Of a DNA stretch of 64,000 nucleotides, positions 1 to 12,769 are shown piece after piece (position 1 is the stretch's first letter; each line of letters begins with the position of its first letter). This stretch comes from Squalus acanthias (lineage: Eukaryota). The notes under the pieces were generated by a model that had not been told where the DNA came from, made no database searches, and was given only the letters and a program-made list of their open reading frames with translations. The translations under genes and the position numbers were made by a program. Location: contig JASTWF010000035.1 in NCBI GenBank assembly GCA_030390025.1, positions 3,286,001 through 3,350,000 of the forward strand, given 5' to 3'.

Positions 1-645
1 TTTTCCCGATATCCCAGGGAGGTTTTTTGTGTCTTCCTTCGTAAAGACTGACCCAAAGTATGCATTTAGTTGGTCTGCCATTTCCTTATTTCCCGTTATA
101 TATTCCCCCGTATCTGACTGCAATGGACCAACTTTGGTTTTCACCAGTCTTTTCCTCTTGATATACTTATAAAAGCTTTTGGAGTTAGTTTTTATATTTT
201 CCGCCAGCTTGCTTTCGTAAGCTATTTTGCCCCTCTTGATTAAGCCCTTTGTTCTCCTTTGCTCTATCTTAAACTGTTCCCAATCTTCCGCTCTGGCGCT
301 TTTTTTGGCTATTTTATACGCCCTATCTTTGGATTTTATGCTGTCTCTAATTTCCCCTGTTATCCACGGTTGAGTCACCTTTTTAGATTTCCTTTTATGC
401 CAGATTGGTATAAACAATTTTTGCAATTTTGTCATTCTATCTTTAAATGCTTGCCATTGTTTATCTACCTCCAGTCCTCCCAGGAACGTTGTCCAATCAG
501 ACCTACTCAGTTCCCGTCTAATGGCATCATAATTCCCCTTGTTTAAATTCAGGACCTTAGTCTCTGAGTCAATTTCTTCGCTCTCCATTTCGAGTGAGAA
601 ATCGATCATGTTATGATCGCTCTGACCCAAGGGTCCCCATACATT
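1..645 (-). mobile_element. CR1 LINE ORF2 fragment (family D), continues beyond window start
   Basis: Positions 1-115 are the reverse complement of about 17842-17956. Confidence 0.85.
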
Positions 646-1054
646 AGGCTTATATTTGCTAGAGTTTAGAAGAATGAGAGGGGATCTCATTGAAACTTAT
701 AAAATTCTAACCGGACTAGACAGACTAGATGCAGGAAGGATGTTCCCAATGGCGGGGGAGTCCAGAACCAGGGGTCACATTCTAAGGATAAGGGGTAAGC
801 CATTTAGGACTGAGATGAGGAATTTCTTCAGCCAGAGAGTGGTGAACCTGTGGAATTCTCTACCACAGAAGGCAGTTGAGGCCGATTCATTAAATATATT
901 CAAGAAGGAGTTAGAGATATTTCTTAAGGCTAAAGGGATCAAGGGATGTGGGGAGAAAGCAGGGACAGGGATTTGGATGATCCGCCATTTAATGAGATCA
1001 TGACTGAATAGGCTCGAGGGGCCAAATGGCCTACTCCTGCTCCTATCTTCTATG
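646..1054 (+). mobile_element. CR1 3' end fragment
   Basis: It encodes the EFRRMRGDLIETYKIL...RVVNLWNSLP C-terminus, followed by the 3' UTR and a ttctatgt tail. Confidence 0.85.
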
Positions 1055-4000
1055 TTAATAATTTTTCATGCTCTCTTTGCTTTCCTAATATTTTTAATTG
1101 TACCCCTGCACTTTCTGTACTCCTCTAAAGATTCTGGAGTATTTAGCCCTCGGTATCTGTCATACGCCTCCCTTTTTTTCTCCTACCCTGTATGTCTCTA
1201 GACATCCAGGGGGCTCTACATTTGTTAGTCCCACCTTTTTTCTTTAAGGGCACATGTTTGGTCTGAACCCTCCGGATCTCCTCCTTGAATGCCTCCCACT
1301 GCTCTGACACTGATTTACCTTCAAGTAGCTGTTTCCAGTCCACTGTGGCTAAATCCCCTGAGTTTAGCAAAATTTGCTTTTCCCTAATTTAGAATTTTTA
1401 TTCCTGGTCTCTCCTTGTCCTTTTCCAAAACTAACTTAAATCTAACTGAATTATGGTCACTAGCACCAAAATGCTCCCCCACTGATGCGCCTTCTACCTG
1501 CCCAGCTTCATTCCCTAAAATTAAGTCTAGAACCGCCCCCTCCCTTGTTGGGCTTGCTACATACTGGCTAAAAAAGTTGTCCTGGATGCATTTTAGGAAT
1601 TCGCACCCTCTATACCCTTCACACTAATTTTATCCTAGTTAATATTTTGGTAGTCGAAATCCCCTACTCTTACTGCCCTATAGTTTTTGCACTTCTCAAG
1701 TTTGTCTACATAATTGTTCTTCTATCTCCCCCTCACTGTTTGGGGGTCTGTAGTACACTCCCAGCAGTGTGATCGCCCCTTTTTTGTTTTTCAATTCGAC
1801 CCATATGGCCTCGTTTGATGATCCCTCAAACATATCATCCCTCCTCACAGCTGTAATAGTTTCTTTAATCAATACCGCAACCCTCCCTCCCTTTTTACCT
1901 CCCTCTCTATCCAGTCTGAAAATCCTGTAACCAGGAATGTTGAGCTGCCATAGCTGCCCCTCTTTCAGCCACGTCTCTAATAGCTATAATATCATAGTCC
2001 CAAGTATCTACCTGTGCCCTCAACCCATACTCAAATCCTCTTGTAATAAAGGCCAACATACCATTTGCTTTCCTAATTGTTTGCTGTACCTGCATGTTAA
2101 CTTTCAGTGATTCTTGTTCAAGAACACCCAGATTCCCCAATCTCTCTCCATTTAAAAAATAATCTGCTTTTTTATTTTTCCTACCAAAGTGGATAACTTC
2201 ACATTTCTCCACATTATATTCCATTTGTCATGTTCTTACCCACTCACTCAGCCTGTCTATATCCCCTTGAAGCCTCCTTGCATCCTCCTCACAACTTACA
2301 TTCCCACCCAGCTTTGTATCATCAGCAAATTTGGATGTATTACATTTGGTCCCCTCATCCAAATCATTGATGTAGATTGTGAATAGCCGAGGCCCAAGCA
2401 CTGATCCTTGCGGTACCCCACTAGTTACAGGCTGCCAACCTGAAAATGGCCCATTTATTCCTACTCTCTGTTTTCTGTCCATTAACCAATCCTCAATCCA
2501 TGCTAGTATATTACCTCCAATCCCATGAGCCCTAATTTTGTTTAATAACCTCTTGTGTGGCACCTTATCGAATGCCTTCTGAAAATTCAAATGCACCACA
2601 TCCACTGGTTCCCCCTTATCAATTCTGCTAGTTACAACCTCAAAAACACTCCAGATTTGTCAAACACTATTTCCCTTTCATAAATTAGTGTTGACTCTGC
2701 CCAATCCTATTATTTTTTAAGTGCCCTGTTACCACATCCTTAATAATAGATTCTTGCATTTTCCCTACTGCTGATGTCAGGCTAACTGATCTGTAGTTCC
2801 CCGTTTTCTCTCTCCCTCCTTTCTTAAATCGTGGGGTAAAATTTGCGACCTTCCAATCCGTGGGAACCATTCCAGAATCAATGGAATTTTGGAAAATGAC
2901 AACCAATGCATCCACTATCTCTACAGCCACCTCTTTCAAAACCCTAGGATGTCGGCCATCAGGTCCAGGGGATTTATTGGCTTTCAGTCCCATTAATTTC
3001 TCCAGTACTTCTTTTTACTAATACTAATTTCTTTCAGTTCCTCATTCTCGCTAGACCCTTGGTTCTCCACTATTTCCAGGAAGTTTTTTACGTCTTCTTC
3101 CGTGAAGACAGATACAAAGGGATCAATTTTCTCAGCCCCAAGGAGGTGGGTATGGAGGCGGGACTGCCGGGAAAGTGGCAGAATTTGGGGGCAGGTGGCA
3201 AACCCACCCTCTTGCCTGGAGGCGGGAAGCTGTCCCGCCCCGGGTCCCGTCTCCTTGGAGGCGGGGAGGGATTAAAGCCTATTAACTGCCTGTTAACAGG
3301 TAGTTAACAGGCAGAAAATAGGATTATCCCCATTTTTCATCCCAAAGTGCGGGCTTCCCGACTTGGGGGAACCCCACCAGGGTGTAGGAGGCGAGTAGGG
3401 GGTCTGCAGGGGTCTGAAAGTGCGATGTAGAAGTGAGTGATGGGTGCAAATTTGGAGTGGTAAGTATGTGAGGTGAGTGTAAAGTGTTAGAAAATGTTAA
3501 CTTACCTTTGTTTCTACCTACAGCCTTCAGCCGCTGTGGAGCCAGAGTCCCCGACATCGCCATTGTAGAGATCACAGACTGGCTGTTGCATCCTCCGATC
3601 CAACAGCCAGCTGATTTCTGCAAAGTAGAAAGGTTTGAGTCCTGAACACAAGGTCTCATCAAACTACACAGAATGTCACTGTTTGACAGCTTCACAGAGC
3701 TGTCAAACAATGACATTTCTTCTTTCAAAAATTGTTGACAGATGACACGTCATACATTGACGTGCTCTGCAACTGACTTCGCCCTAATTGGCCTGCTAAA
3801 GCCGCTGGGCGGGCTTAACAATGTCAATCAGGGAAAAATCCCGCTGGTTGGCCAGAAGCTGATGGAGGCAGGACTGAAACCCAACAAGTGGGAGTCCCGC
3901 CTCCAAAAGCTTCCCATTCAGAAAATCACGCCCAAAGTATTTGTTTAATTTCTCTGCCATTTCCTTATTGCCCATTATAACTTCTCCTGTCTCAGCCTGT

Positions 4001-4560
4001 AAGGGACCCACATTTACTTTTGCTAATCTCTTCCTTTTTACATACCTATAGAAGCTTTTACAGTGTGTTTTTAATGTCTCTTGCTAGTTTCCATCATATT
4101 CTATTTTCCCTTTCTTTATCAAATTCTTGATCCTCCTTTGCTGAATTCTAAAATCCTCCCAATCCTCAGGCTTGCTTACTCTTTTTGACAACGTTATAAG
4201 CCTCTTCCTTTGATCTAATATTATCTTTAACTGCTCTTGTTAGCCACGGTTGGACCAGTTTTCCTGTGGAGTTTTTGTGCCTTAAAGGAATGTATATTTG
4301 TTGTAAATTCTGTATTAATTCTTTAAATGCTAGCCATTGCTTGTCTACCGTCATACCTTTTAATATAATTTCCCAATCTACCTTAGCCAACTCGTCCCTC
4401 ATACCTACGTAGTTTGCTTTGTTTAGATTTAAGACCCTAGATTCGGATTTAACTAAATCACTTTCAAACTCAATATAAAATTCTATCATATTATGGTCAC
4501 TCTTCCCTAAAGGCCCCTTTACCACGAGTTTATTAATTAACCCTTTCTCATTGCACAATT
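1055..4560 (-). mobile_element. Degenerate CR1 fragments (EN and RT), interrupted by a MITE
   Basis: Broken ORFs carry [27 protein letters not shown] and SDHNMI. Confidence 0.8.
3119..3933. mobile_element. Non-autonomous DNA transposon (MITE, Harbinger-like TIRs)
   Basis: It has imperfect TIRs GGGATCAATTTTCT / AGAAAATCACGCCC and a 3-bp TSD AAA. Removing it restores the CR1 sequence gatacaaagtatttg. Confidence 0.75.
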
Positions 4561-5325
4561 TCCTTCTTCATATCTCCTCTGAACTTTCTATATTCAGCCT
4601 GATTGGCCTCCAACAACCGCAGTCATCTTCCTTTGTGCTAGGTATGACTTTAGCCAGTGGAGAGTTTGCACTGATTCCCATTGACTTCAATTTTATGACG
4701 ACTCCTTGATGCCACATTCGGTCAAATGCTGTATTGATCGAGGGCAATCACTCTTGCCTCACCTCTGGAATTCAGCTCTTTTGTCCATGTAATGAGGTCA
4801 GGAGTCGAGTGGTACTGGTAGAACCCAAACTGAGCATTGGTGAGCAGGTTATTGCTGAGTAAGTGGCACTTGATTGCACTGTCGACAACACCTTCCATCG
4901 CTTTGTTGATGATTGAGAGTAGACTTATGTGTAGGTAATTGGCCAGAATGGATTTGTCCTGCTATTTGTGGACAGGACATACCTGGGCAATTTTCTACTT
5001 GTTGTGGCAATAATGGAGGCCTGGCTCAAAAAAGGGCAGGATTGGGTATTAACTATTCATGGATAAAAGGTGTTAAAGAAAGATAGGGAAGGATAGAAAG
5101 GAGGTGGGGTGGCAGTATTGGTTAAGGAGGATGTTACAGTGCTGGAGAGGGAGGATGTCCTGGAGGGGTCATGGACAGAATCTACTTGGTTAGAGTTCAG
5201 AAATAATAGAGGTGCCATTACACTACTAGGTGTATTCTACAGGCCGCCAACTAGTGGGAAGGATATACAGGAGCAAACTTGCAGGGAAATTAGGGAGAGT
5301 TGCAAGAACTATACAGTACTATACA

Positions 5326-5739
5326 GCAAGGGTCAAGGATGTCTCGGAGCGGCTGCAGAACATTCTGAAGAGGGAGGGTGGACAGCCAGCTGTCGTGGTG
5401 CATGCAGGTACCAACGATATAGGTAAAAAGCGGGAAGAGGTCCTACAAGCAGAATTTAGGGAGCTAGGAGCTAAATTAAAAAGTAGGACCTCTAAGGTAG
5501 TAATCTCTGGATTGCTACCAGGGCCACGTGCTAATCAGAATAGAGAGAACAGGCTAGTGAGATTGAATACGTGGCTTGAGCAGTGGTGCAGGAGGGAGGG
5601 ATTCAAATTCCTGAGGCATTGGAACCAGTTCTGGGGGAAGTGGGACCTGTACAAAAGGGACGGTCTGCACTTGGGCAGGACTGGAACCGATGTCCTTGGG
5701 GTAATATTTGCTAAAGCAGTTCGGGAGGATTTAAACTAA
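5326..5739 (+). CDS. CR1 ORF1 C-terminal SGNH/esterase domain (truncated)
   Basis: SGNH motifs GTND and DGLHL are present; the frame ends EDLN*. Confidence 0.85.
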   Translation, partial: ARVKDVSERLQNILKREGGQPAVVVHAGTNDIGKKREEVLQAEFRELGAKLKSRTSKVVISGLLPGPRANQNRENRLVRLNTWLEQWCRREGFKFLRHWNQFWGKWDLYKRDGLHLGRTGTDVLGVIFAKAVREDLN

Positions 5740-5786
5740 TATGGCAGGGGAATGGGAACCTATGTAGCGAAACAGGGGGAAGTAAT

Positions 5787-8723
5787 ATGCAGTCAGAAAC
5801 AAATGTTAGAAGGGTGAGAAACAATAGGGGAAGGCCGAGTAAACAAAGGCAAGAAACACAAAGGGCCATACTAAATCATAAGTCTAAAAGGACAAAGGAT
5901 GTTAATAAAACAAGCCTAAAGGCTCTGTGTCTTAATGCAAGGAGTATCCGTAATAAGGTGGATGAATTGACTGTGCAAATAGATGTTAACGGATACGATG
6001 TGATTGGGATTACAGAGACGTGGCTCCAGAACAATCAAGGCTGGGAACTGAACATCCAGGGGTATTCAACATTCAGAAAGGATAGAATAAAAGGAAAAGG
6101 GGGTGGGGTAGCATTGCTGGTTAAAGAGGAGATTAATGCAATAGCTAGGAAGGACATCAGCTTGGAGGATGTGGAATCAATATGGGTTGAGCTGCAGAAC
6201 ACCAAAGGGCAGAAAACGTTAGTGGGAGTTGTGTACAGACCTCCAAACAGCAGTAGTGAGGTGGGGGAGGGTATGAAACAGGAAATCAGAGGTGCGTGCA
6301 AAAAAGGCACGGCAGTTATCATGGGTGACTTTAATATGCATATAGATTGGGCTACTCAAACTGGAAGCAATACGGTGGAGGAGGATTTCCTGGAGTGTTT
6401 AAGGGATGATTTCCTAAACCAATATGTTGAGGAACCAACTCGAGGGGAGGCCATCCTGGACTGGGTGTTGTGTAATGAGGAAGGACTAATCAGCAATCTT
6501 GTGGTACGAGGCCCCCTGGGGAAGAGTGACCATAGTATGGTGGAGTTCTACATTAGGATGGAGAAGGAAACAGTTAAGTCAGAGACCATGGTCCAGAACT
6601 TAAATAAGGGCAACTTTGAGGGTATGAGGCGTGAATTGGCGAGGTTAAATTGGCAAGCGATATTTAAGGGGCTATCAGTGGAAGGGCAATGGCAGACATT
6701 TAGAGATCGCATGGATGAACTACAACAATTGTACATCCCAGTCTGGCGTAAAAATAAAAAAGGGAAGGTGGCTCAACCATGGCTAACAAGGGAAATCAGG
6801 GATAGTATTAAAAGCAAGGAAGTTGCATACAAATTGGCCAGAAGTAGCAGCAAACCCGGGGACTGGGAGAACTTCAAAACTCAGCAGAGGAGGACGAAGG
6901 GTTTGATTAGGGCAGGGAAAATAAAATATGAAAGGAAGCTTGCAAAGAACATTAAAATGGACTGCAAAAGCTTCTATAAATATGTAAAAAGAAAGAGGTT
7001 AGTAAAAACAAACGTAGGTCCCCTGCAGTCGGAAACAGGGGAAGTCGTAATGGGGAACAAGGAAATGGCAGATCAATTGAACAAGTACTTTGGTTCGGTG
7101 TTTACTGTGGAGGACACACACAACCTGCCGGAAATAAAAGGGGTCAGAGGATCTGGTAAGAGGGAGGAGCTGAGGGAAATCCTTATTAGTCAGGAAAAGG
7201 TATTGGGGAAATTGATGGGACTGAAGGCTGAAAAATCCCCGGGGCCTGATGGTCTGCATCCCAGAGTACTTAAGGAGGTGGCCTTGGAAATAGTGGATGC
7301 ATTGACGATCATTTTCCAACATTCCTTAGACTCTGGATCAGTTCCGATGGAGTGGAGGGTGGCCAATGTAACCCCTCTTTTTAAAAAAGGAGGGAGGGAG
7401 AAAGCAGGGAATTATAGACCGGTCAGCCTGACATCGGTCGTGGGTAAAATGATGGAAGCAATTATTAAAGATGTCATAACAGACCATTTGGAAAGTGGCG
7501 ACATGATAGGTCCAAGTCAGCATGGATTTGTGAAAGGGAAATCATGCTTGACAAATCTTCTGGAATTTTTTGAGGATGTTTCCAATAGGGTGGACAGGGG
7601 GGAACCAGTAGATGTGGTGTATTTGGACTTTCAGAAGGCCTTCGACAAGGTCCCACACAAGAGATTGGTGAGCAAAGTTAAAGCACATGGGATTGGGGGT
7701 AATGTGTTGACGTGGATTGAGAACTGGTTGGCACACAGGAAACAAAGAGTAGGAGTAAATGGGTACTTTTCAGAATGGCAGGCAGTGACCAGCGGGGTAC
7801 CGCAGGGTTCGGTGCTGGGACCCCAGCTGTTTACATTATATATTAATGATTTGGACGAAGGGATTAAATGTAATATCTCCAAATTTGCGGATGACACTAA
7901 ATTGGGAGGCAGTGTGAACAATGAGGAGGATGCTAGGAGGCTACAGAGTGACTTGGACAGGTTGGGTGAATGGGCAAATGTATGGCAGATGAAGTACAAT
8001 GTGGATAAATGTGAGGTTATCCACTTTGGTGGTAAAAATAGAGAGGCGGACTATTACCTGAATGGTGGCAGATTAGGGAAAGGGGACGTGCAACGAGACC
8101 TGGGCGTCATGGTACATCAGTCACTGAAGGTGGGAATGCAAGTGCAGCAGGCAGTCAAGAAAGCAAACGGAATGATGGCCTTCATAGCAAGGGGCTTTGA
8201 GTACAGGAGTAGGGAGGTGATGCTACAGTTGTACAGGGCCTTGGTGAGGCCACACCTGGAGTATTGTGCGCAGTTTTGGTCTCCTAACTTAAGGAAGGAC
8301 ATTCTTGCTATTGAGGGAGTGCAGCGAAGGTTCACTAGATTGATTCCTGGGATGGCCGGACTGACATATCAAGAAAGATTGGGTCAACTGAACTTGTATC
8401 CTCTGGAGTTCAGAAGAATGAGGGGGGATCTTATAGAGACATTTAAAATCCTGACTGGTTTAGACAAATTAGATGCGGGCAGAATGTTCCCAATGGTAGG
8501 GAAAACTAGAACCAGGGGTCACAGTCTAAGGATTAAGGGGAAGCCATTTAGGACTGAGCTGAGGAGGAACTTCTTCACCCAGAGAGTGGTGAATCTATGG
8601 AATTCTCTTCCACAGAAGGTTGTTGAGGCCAGTTCGCTAAATATATTCAAAAGGGAGTTAGATATAACACTCACAACTAAGGGGATCAAGGGGTATGGCG
8701 AGAAAGCAGGAATGGGGTACTGA
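5787..8723 (+). CDS. CR1 ORF2: APE endonuclease plus reverse transcriptase, intact (frame open from 5730)
   Basis: The 978-aa ORF has EN motifs NARS, ITETW, YRPP, MGDFN and SDH, and RT motifs [27 protein letters not shown] and FADD. Confidence 0.96.
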   Translation: MQSETNVRRVRNNRGRPSKQRQETQRAILNHKSKRTKDVNKTSLKALCLNARSIRNKVDELTVQIDVNGYDVIGITETWLQNNQGWELNIQGYSTFRKDRIKGKGGGVALLVKEEINAIARKDISLEDVESIWVELQNTKGQKTLVGVVYRPPNSSSEVGEGMKQEIRGACKKGTAVIMGDFNMHIDWATQTGSNTVEEDFLECLRDDFLNQYVEEPTRGEAILDWVLCNEEGLISNLVVRGPLGKSDHSMVEFYIRMEKETVKSETMVQNLNKGNFEGMRRELARLNWQAIFKGLSVEGQWQTFRDRMDELQQLYIPVWRKNKKGKVAQPWLTREIRDSIKSKEVAYKLARSSSKPGDWENFKTQQRRTKGLIRAGKIKYERKLAKNIKMDCKSFYKYVKRKRLVKTNVGPLQSETGEVVMGNKEMADQLNKYFGSVFTVEDTHNLPEIKGVRGSGKREELREILISQEKVLGKLMGLKAEKSPGPDGLHPRVLKEVALEIVDALTIIFQHSLDSGSVPMEWRVANVTPLFKKGGREKAGNYRPVSLTSVVGKMMEAIIKDVITDHLESGDMIGPSQHGFVKGKSCLTNLLEFFEDVSNRVDRGEPVDVVYLDFQKAFDKVPHKRLVSKVKAHGIGGNVLTWIENWLAHRKQRVGVNGYFSEWQAVTSGVPQGSVLGPQLFTLYINDLDEGIKCNISKFADDTKLGGSVNNEEDARRLQSDLDRLGEWANVWQMKYNVDKCEVIHFGGKNREADYYLNGGRLGKGDVQRDLGVMVHQSLKVGMQVQQAVKKANGMMAFIARGFEYRSREVMLQLYRALVRPHLEYCAQFWSPNLRKDILAIEGVQRRFTRLIPGMAGLTYQERLGQLNLYPLEFRRMRGDLIETFKILTGLDKLDAGRMFPMVGKTRTRGHSLRIKGKPFRTELRRNFFTQRVVNLWNSLPQKVVEASSLNIFKRELDITLTTKGIKGYGEKAGMGY

Positions 8724-9370
8724 GGTAGCATGTTCAGCCATGAACGCATTGAATGGCGGTGCAGGCTCGAAGGACCGAATGGTCTACTCCTGTACCTATT
8801 TTCTATGTTTCTATAATGGGGGACTTCAACTATCCTAATATAGACTGGAATCGTAATAGTGTAAAGGGCAGAGAGGGGGAAGAATTTCTGAAGTGTGTTC
8901 AGGAGAACTTTCTTGATCCGTACGTTTCTGGCCCAGTAGATGTATTTTTTGAGGGCAAATCGTGTTTAACTAACTTGACTGAGTTCTTTGATAAGGAAAT
9001 TGAGAGGGTTGATGAGGGTAATGCAGTAAACGTAGTGCACATGGATTTCCAAAAGGTGTTCGACAAAGTGCCACATAATAGGCTTGCCAGCAAAGTTGAA
9101 TCCCACGGAACAAAAGGGACAGTGGCAGAATGGTTACAGAATTGGCTAATTGATAGGATATACAGAGTAGTGGTGAACGGTTGTTTTTCGGACTGGAGGA
9201 AGGTATACAGTGGTGTTCCCCAGGGGTCAGTTTTAGGACCACTGCTTTTCTTGATATATATTAATGACTTGGACGTGGGTGTGCAGGACACAATTTTAAA
9301 ATTTGCAGATAACACAAAATTTGCAAGTATAGTGAACAGTGAGGAGGAGAGTGACAGACTTCAGGAAGAC

Positions 9371-11845
9371 AGAAGAAATAGGAGCAGGAGTAGGCCATTC
9401 GGCCCTTCGAGGCTGCTTCGCCATTCAATGAGATCATGGCTGATCTTCTGCCTCAACTCCATTCACCGGCCCTATCGCAATATCCCTTGATGCCCTTACT
9501 AGTCAGAAATCTATCGACTTCTGTTCTGAATATCCCCAATGACTGAGCCTCCACAGCCATCTGGGTAGAGATTTCCAAAGATTCACCACCATCTGTGAAG
9601 AAATTTCTTCTCATCTCAGTCCTGAATGGCCTACCCTTTATCTTGAGGCTGTGGCCCCTGGTTCTAGACTCCCCAGCTAAGGGAAACATTCTCCCAGCAT
9701 CCATCCTATCAAACCCTGTAATAATTTTGTGTGCTTCAATGAGATCCCCTCTCATTCTTCTGAATTCAAGAGAATACAGGCCGAGTCTAGTCAATCTCTT
9801 CTCATACAACAGTCCCGCCATCCCAGGCATCAATCTCGTGAACCTTTGTTGCACTCCCTCTATGGCAAGTATATCCTTCCTTAGGTAAGGAGTCCAAAAT
9901 TGTACACAGTACTCCAGGTGTGGTCTCACCAAGGCCCTATATAATTGGAGTAAGACTTCTTTACTCCTGTACTCAAATCCTCTTGTAATGAAGGTCAGCA
10001 TACCATTTGCCTTCCTAATGGCTTGCTGCACCTGCACATTCACTTTCAGTGACTCATGTACAAGGACACCCAGGTCCCTTTGAGCATCTGCATTTCACAA
10101 TCTTTCACCATTTAGGAAATATTCTGCCTTTCTGTTTTTTCTGCCAAAGTGGATAACTTCTCATTTATCCACATTATATTCCATCTGCCATGTTCTCGCC
10201 CACTCACTGAGCCTGTCGAGATCCCCTTGAAGCCTCTTCACATCCTCTTCACAACTGACACTGCCACCTAGCTTTGCATCATCAGCAAATTTGGAAATGT
10301 TACATTTAGTCCCCTCATCCAAATCCTTGATATAGATTGTGAATAGCTGGGGCCCAAGCACCGATCCTTGAGGTACCCCACTAGTCACCGCCTGCCATCC
10401 TGAAAAAGACCCGTTTATCCCTACTCTTTGTTTTCTGTCTGTTAACCAATTCTCAATCCATGCTAGTATATTACCCCCAATTCCATGTGCCCTAATTTGT
10501 TCACCAACCTCTTGTGTGGGACCTTATCAAAGGCCTTCTGAAAATCCAAATACACCACAACTGCCGGTTCCCCTTTGTCTACTCCACTAGTTACATCCTC
10601 AAAGAAACCCAATAATTTTGTCAAACAGGATTTCCCTTTCATAAATCCATGTTGACTCTGCCCAATCTTACTATTAGCTTCTGAGTGCCCAGTTATTGCA
10701 TCCTTTATAATAGATGCCAACATTTTCCCAACTACTGATGTGAGGCTAACAGGTCTGTAGTTCCCCGTTTTCTCTTTCCCTCCTTTCTTAAATAGCGGGG
10801 TTACATTTGCTATCCTCCAATCTGCAGGAACCGTTCCAGAATCTATAGAATTTTGGAAGATGACAACCAATGCGTCCACTATCTCAATGGCCACCTCTTT
10901 CAAAACCCTAGGATGTAGGTCATCCGGTCCTTGGTATTTATCGACTTTTAGTCCCATTAATTTTGCTAGTACTGTTTTTTACTAATAGTAATTTCTTTAA
11001 GTTCCTCATTCTCGCCACACCCTTGGTTTTCTCGTATTTCTGGGAGGTTTTTTGTGTCTTCCTCCATGAAGACAGAAACAAAGTATTTGATTAATTTCTA
11101 TGCCATTTCCTCATTCCCCATTATAAATTCTCTCGTCTGACTGTAAAGGACCTACATTTACCTTTGCCAGTCTTTTCCTTTTCACATACCTATAGAAGCT
11201 TTTACAATCCTTTTTTATATTTTTCACTAGTTTGTGCTCATATTCCATTTTCCCTTTCTTGATCAATTTCTTGGTCCCCCTTTGCTGATTTCCAAAAAGA
11301 TCCCAATCCTCAGGCTGACCGCTTTTTCTGGCAACTTTATAAACTTCCTCCTTTGACTGAATACTAGCTTTAATTTCTTTTGTTAGCCATGGTTGGATCA
11401 TTTTTCCTTTTGGGTTTTTATGCCCTAGAGGAATATATGTTTGTTGTAAATTATTCATTATTTCCTTGAATGTTAGCCATTGTATGTCCACCTTCATACC
11501 TTTTGGTGTAGTTTCCCAATCTACCATGCTTGTCCCTCATACCCTTGTAGTTTCCTCTGTTTCGATTGAAGACCTTAGTTTCAGATTGGACTACATCACT
11601 CTCAAACTTAATGTAAAATTCAATCATATTATGGTCACTTGTCCCTAAAGGCCCCTTTACCACAAGATTATTGATTAGCCCTTTCTCATTAAACAGTACC
11701 AGATCCAGAATAGCCTGTTCCCTGGTTGGTTCCTCCACATACTGATCCAGGAAACATCTCGCATGCATTCCAAGAATTCATCCTCCACACCATTAGTGGT
11801 AATTTAATTTGCCCAGTCAATATGTAGATTAAAGTCCCTCATGAT
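9371..11845 (-). mobile_element. Degenerate CR1 ORF2 with 3' UTR
   Basis: A series of frameshifted ORFs runs from EN to the C-terminus. Confidence 0.85.
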
Positions 11846-12769
11846 ATAAAGGATATTAGGAAAGCAAAGAGAGAGCATGAAAAATTCTTAGCAAGTAAAA
11901 TCAAGGAAAACCCAAAGATGTTTTATAAATATATTAAGAGTAAGAGGATAACTAAAGAAAGGGTAGGGCTGATTAGAGATCATGTGGGTAATGTGTGTGT
12001 GGAGGCGGGAGACGTTGGTAGGGTTCTTAATGAATACTTTACGTCTGTTTTCACAAAGGAGAGGGGCAAAGCAGACATTGCTATCGGGGGAGGAGTGTGA
12101 AATATTAGATGAAATAAATATAGTGAGAGAGGAAGTATTAAGGGGTTTAGCAGCTTTAAAAGCGGATAAATCCCCAGGCCCGGATGAAATGTATCCCAGG
12201 CTGTTAAGCGAAGCAAAGGAGGAAATAGAGGCCCTGACCATCATTTTTCAATCCTCTCTGGCTTCAGGTATGGTACTGGAGGACTGTTAACGTGGTACCC
12301 TTGTTTAAAAAGGGAGAAAAGGATAGACCAAGTAATTACAGGCCAGTCAGCCTAACCTCAGTGGTGGGAAAATTATTGGAAAGAATTCTGAAGGACAGGA
12401 TAAATCTTCATTTAGAAAGACACGGATTAATCAAGGATAGTCAGCACGGATTTGTTAAGGGAAGGTCGTGTCTGACAAACTTGATTGAATTTTTTGAGGA
12501 GGTAACAAGGAGGGTAGATGAGGGTAGTGCGTTTGACATAGTCTGCGTGGATTTTAGCAAAGCTTTTGATAAGGTCCCACATGGCAGACTGGCCAGAAAA
12601 GTAAAAGCCCATGGGATCCAAGGGAAAGTGGATGTTGGATCCAAAATTGGCTCAGTGGCAGGAAGCAAAGGGTAATGGTGGTCAGGTGTTTTTGTCACTG
12701 GAAGGCGGTTTCCAGTGGGGTTCCGAAGGGCTCAGTACTGGGTCCCTTGCTTTTTATGGTATATATGAA
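11846..12769 (+). mobile_element. Old CR1 fragment (continues at about 15031-15113 and 16241-16410)
   Basis: Degenerate RT ORFs ([13 protein letters not shown]) resume after the nested insertions. Confidence 0.75.

Larger units (their letters stand above)
5326..8810 (+). mobile_element. Young 5'-truncated CR1 LINE (family A): ORF1 C-terminus, intact ORF2, 3' UTR
   Basis: It contains an ORF1 esterase remnant, an uninterrupted ORF2 and a (TTTCTATG) tail. CTATA is duplicated at 5319-5323 and 8811-8815, and the element splits an older CR1 EN fragment. Confidence 0.95.

Noticed and set aside
6035..8749. Many 60-200 aa antisense ORFs over CR1 ORF2 (recurring throughout the window)
   Set aside because: They are shadow frames of the LINE coding sequence and recur only because the repeat recurs.
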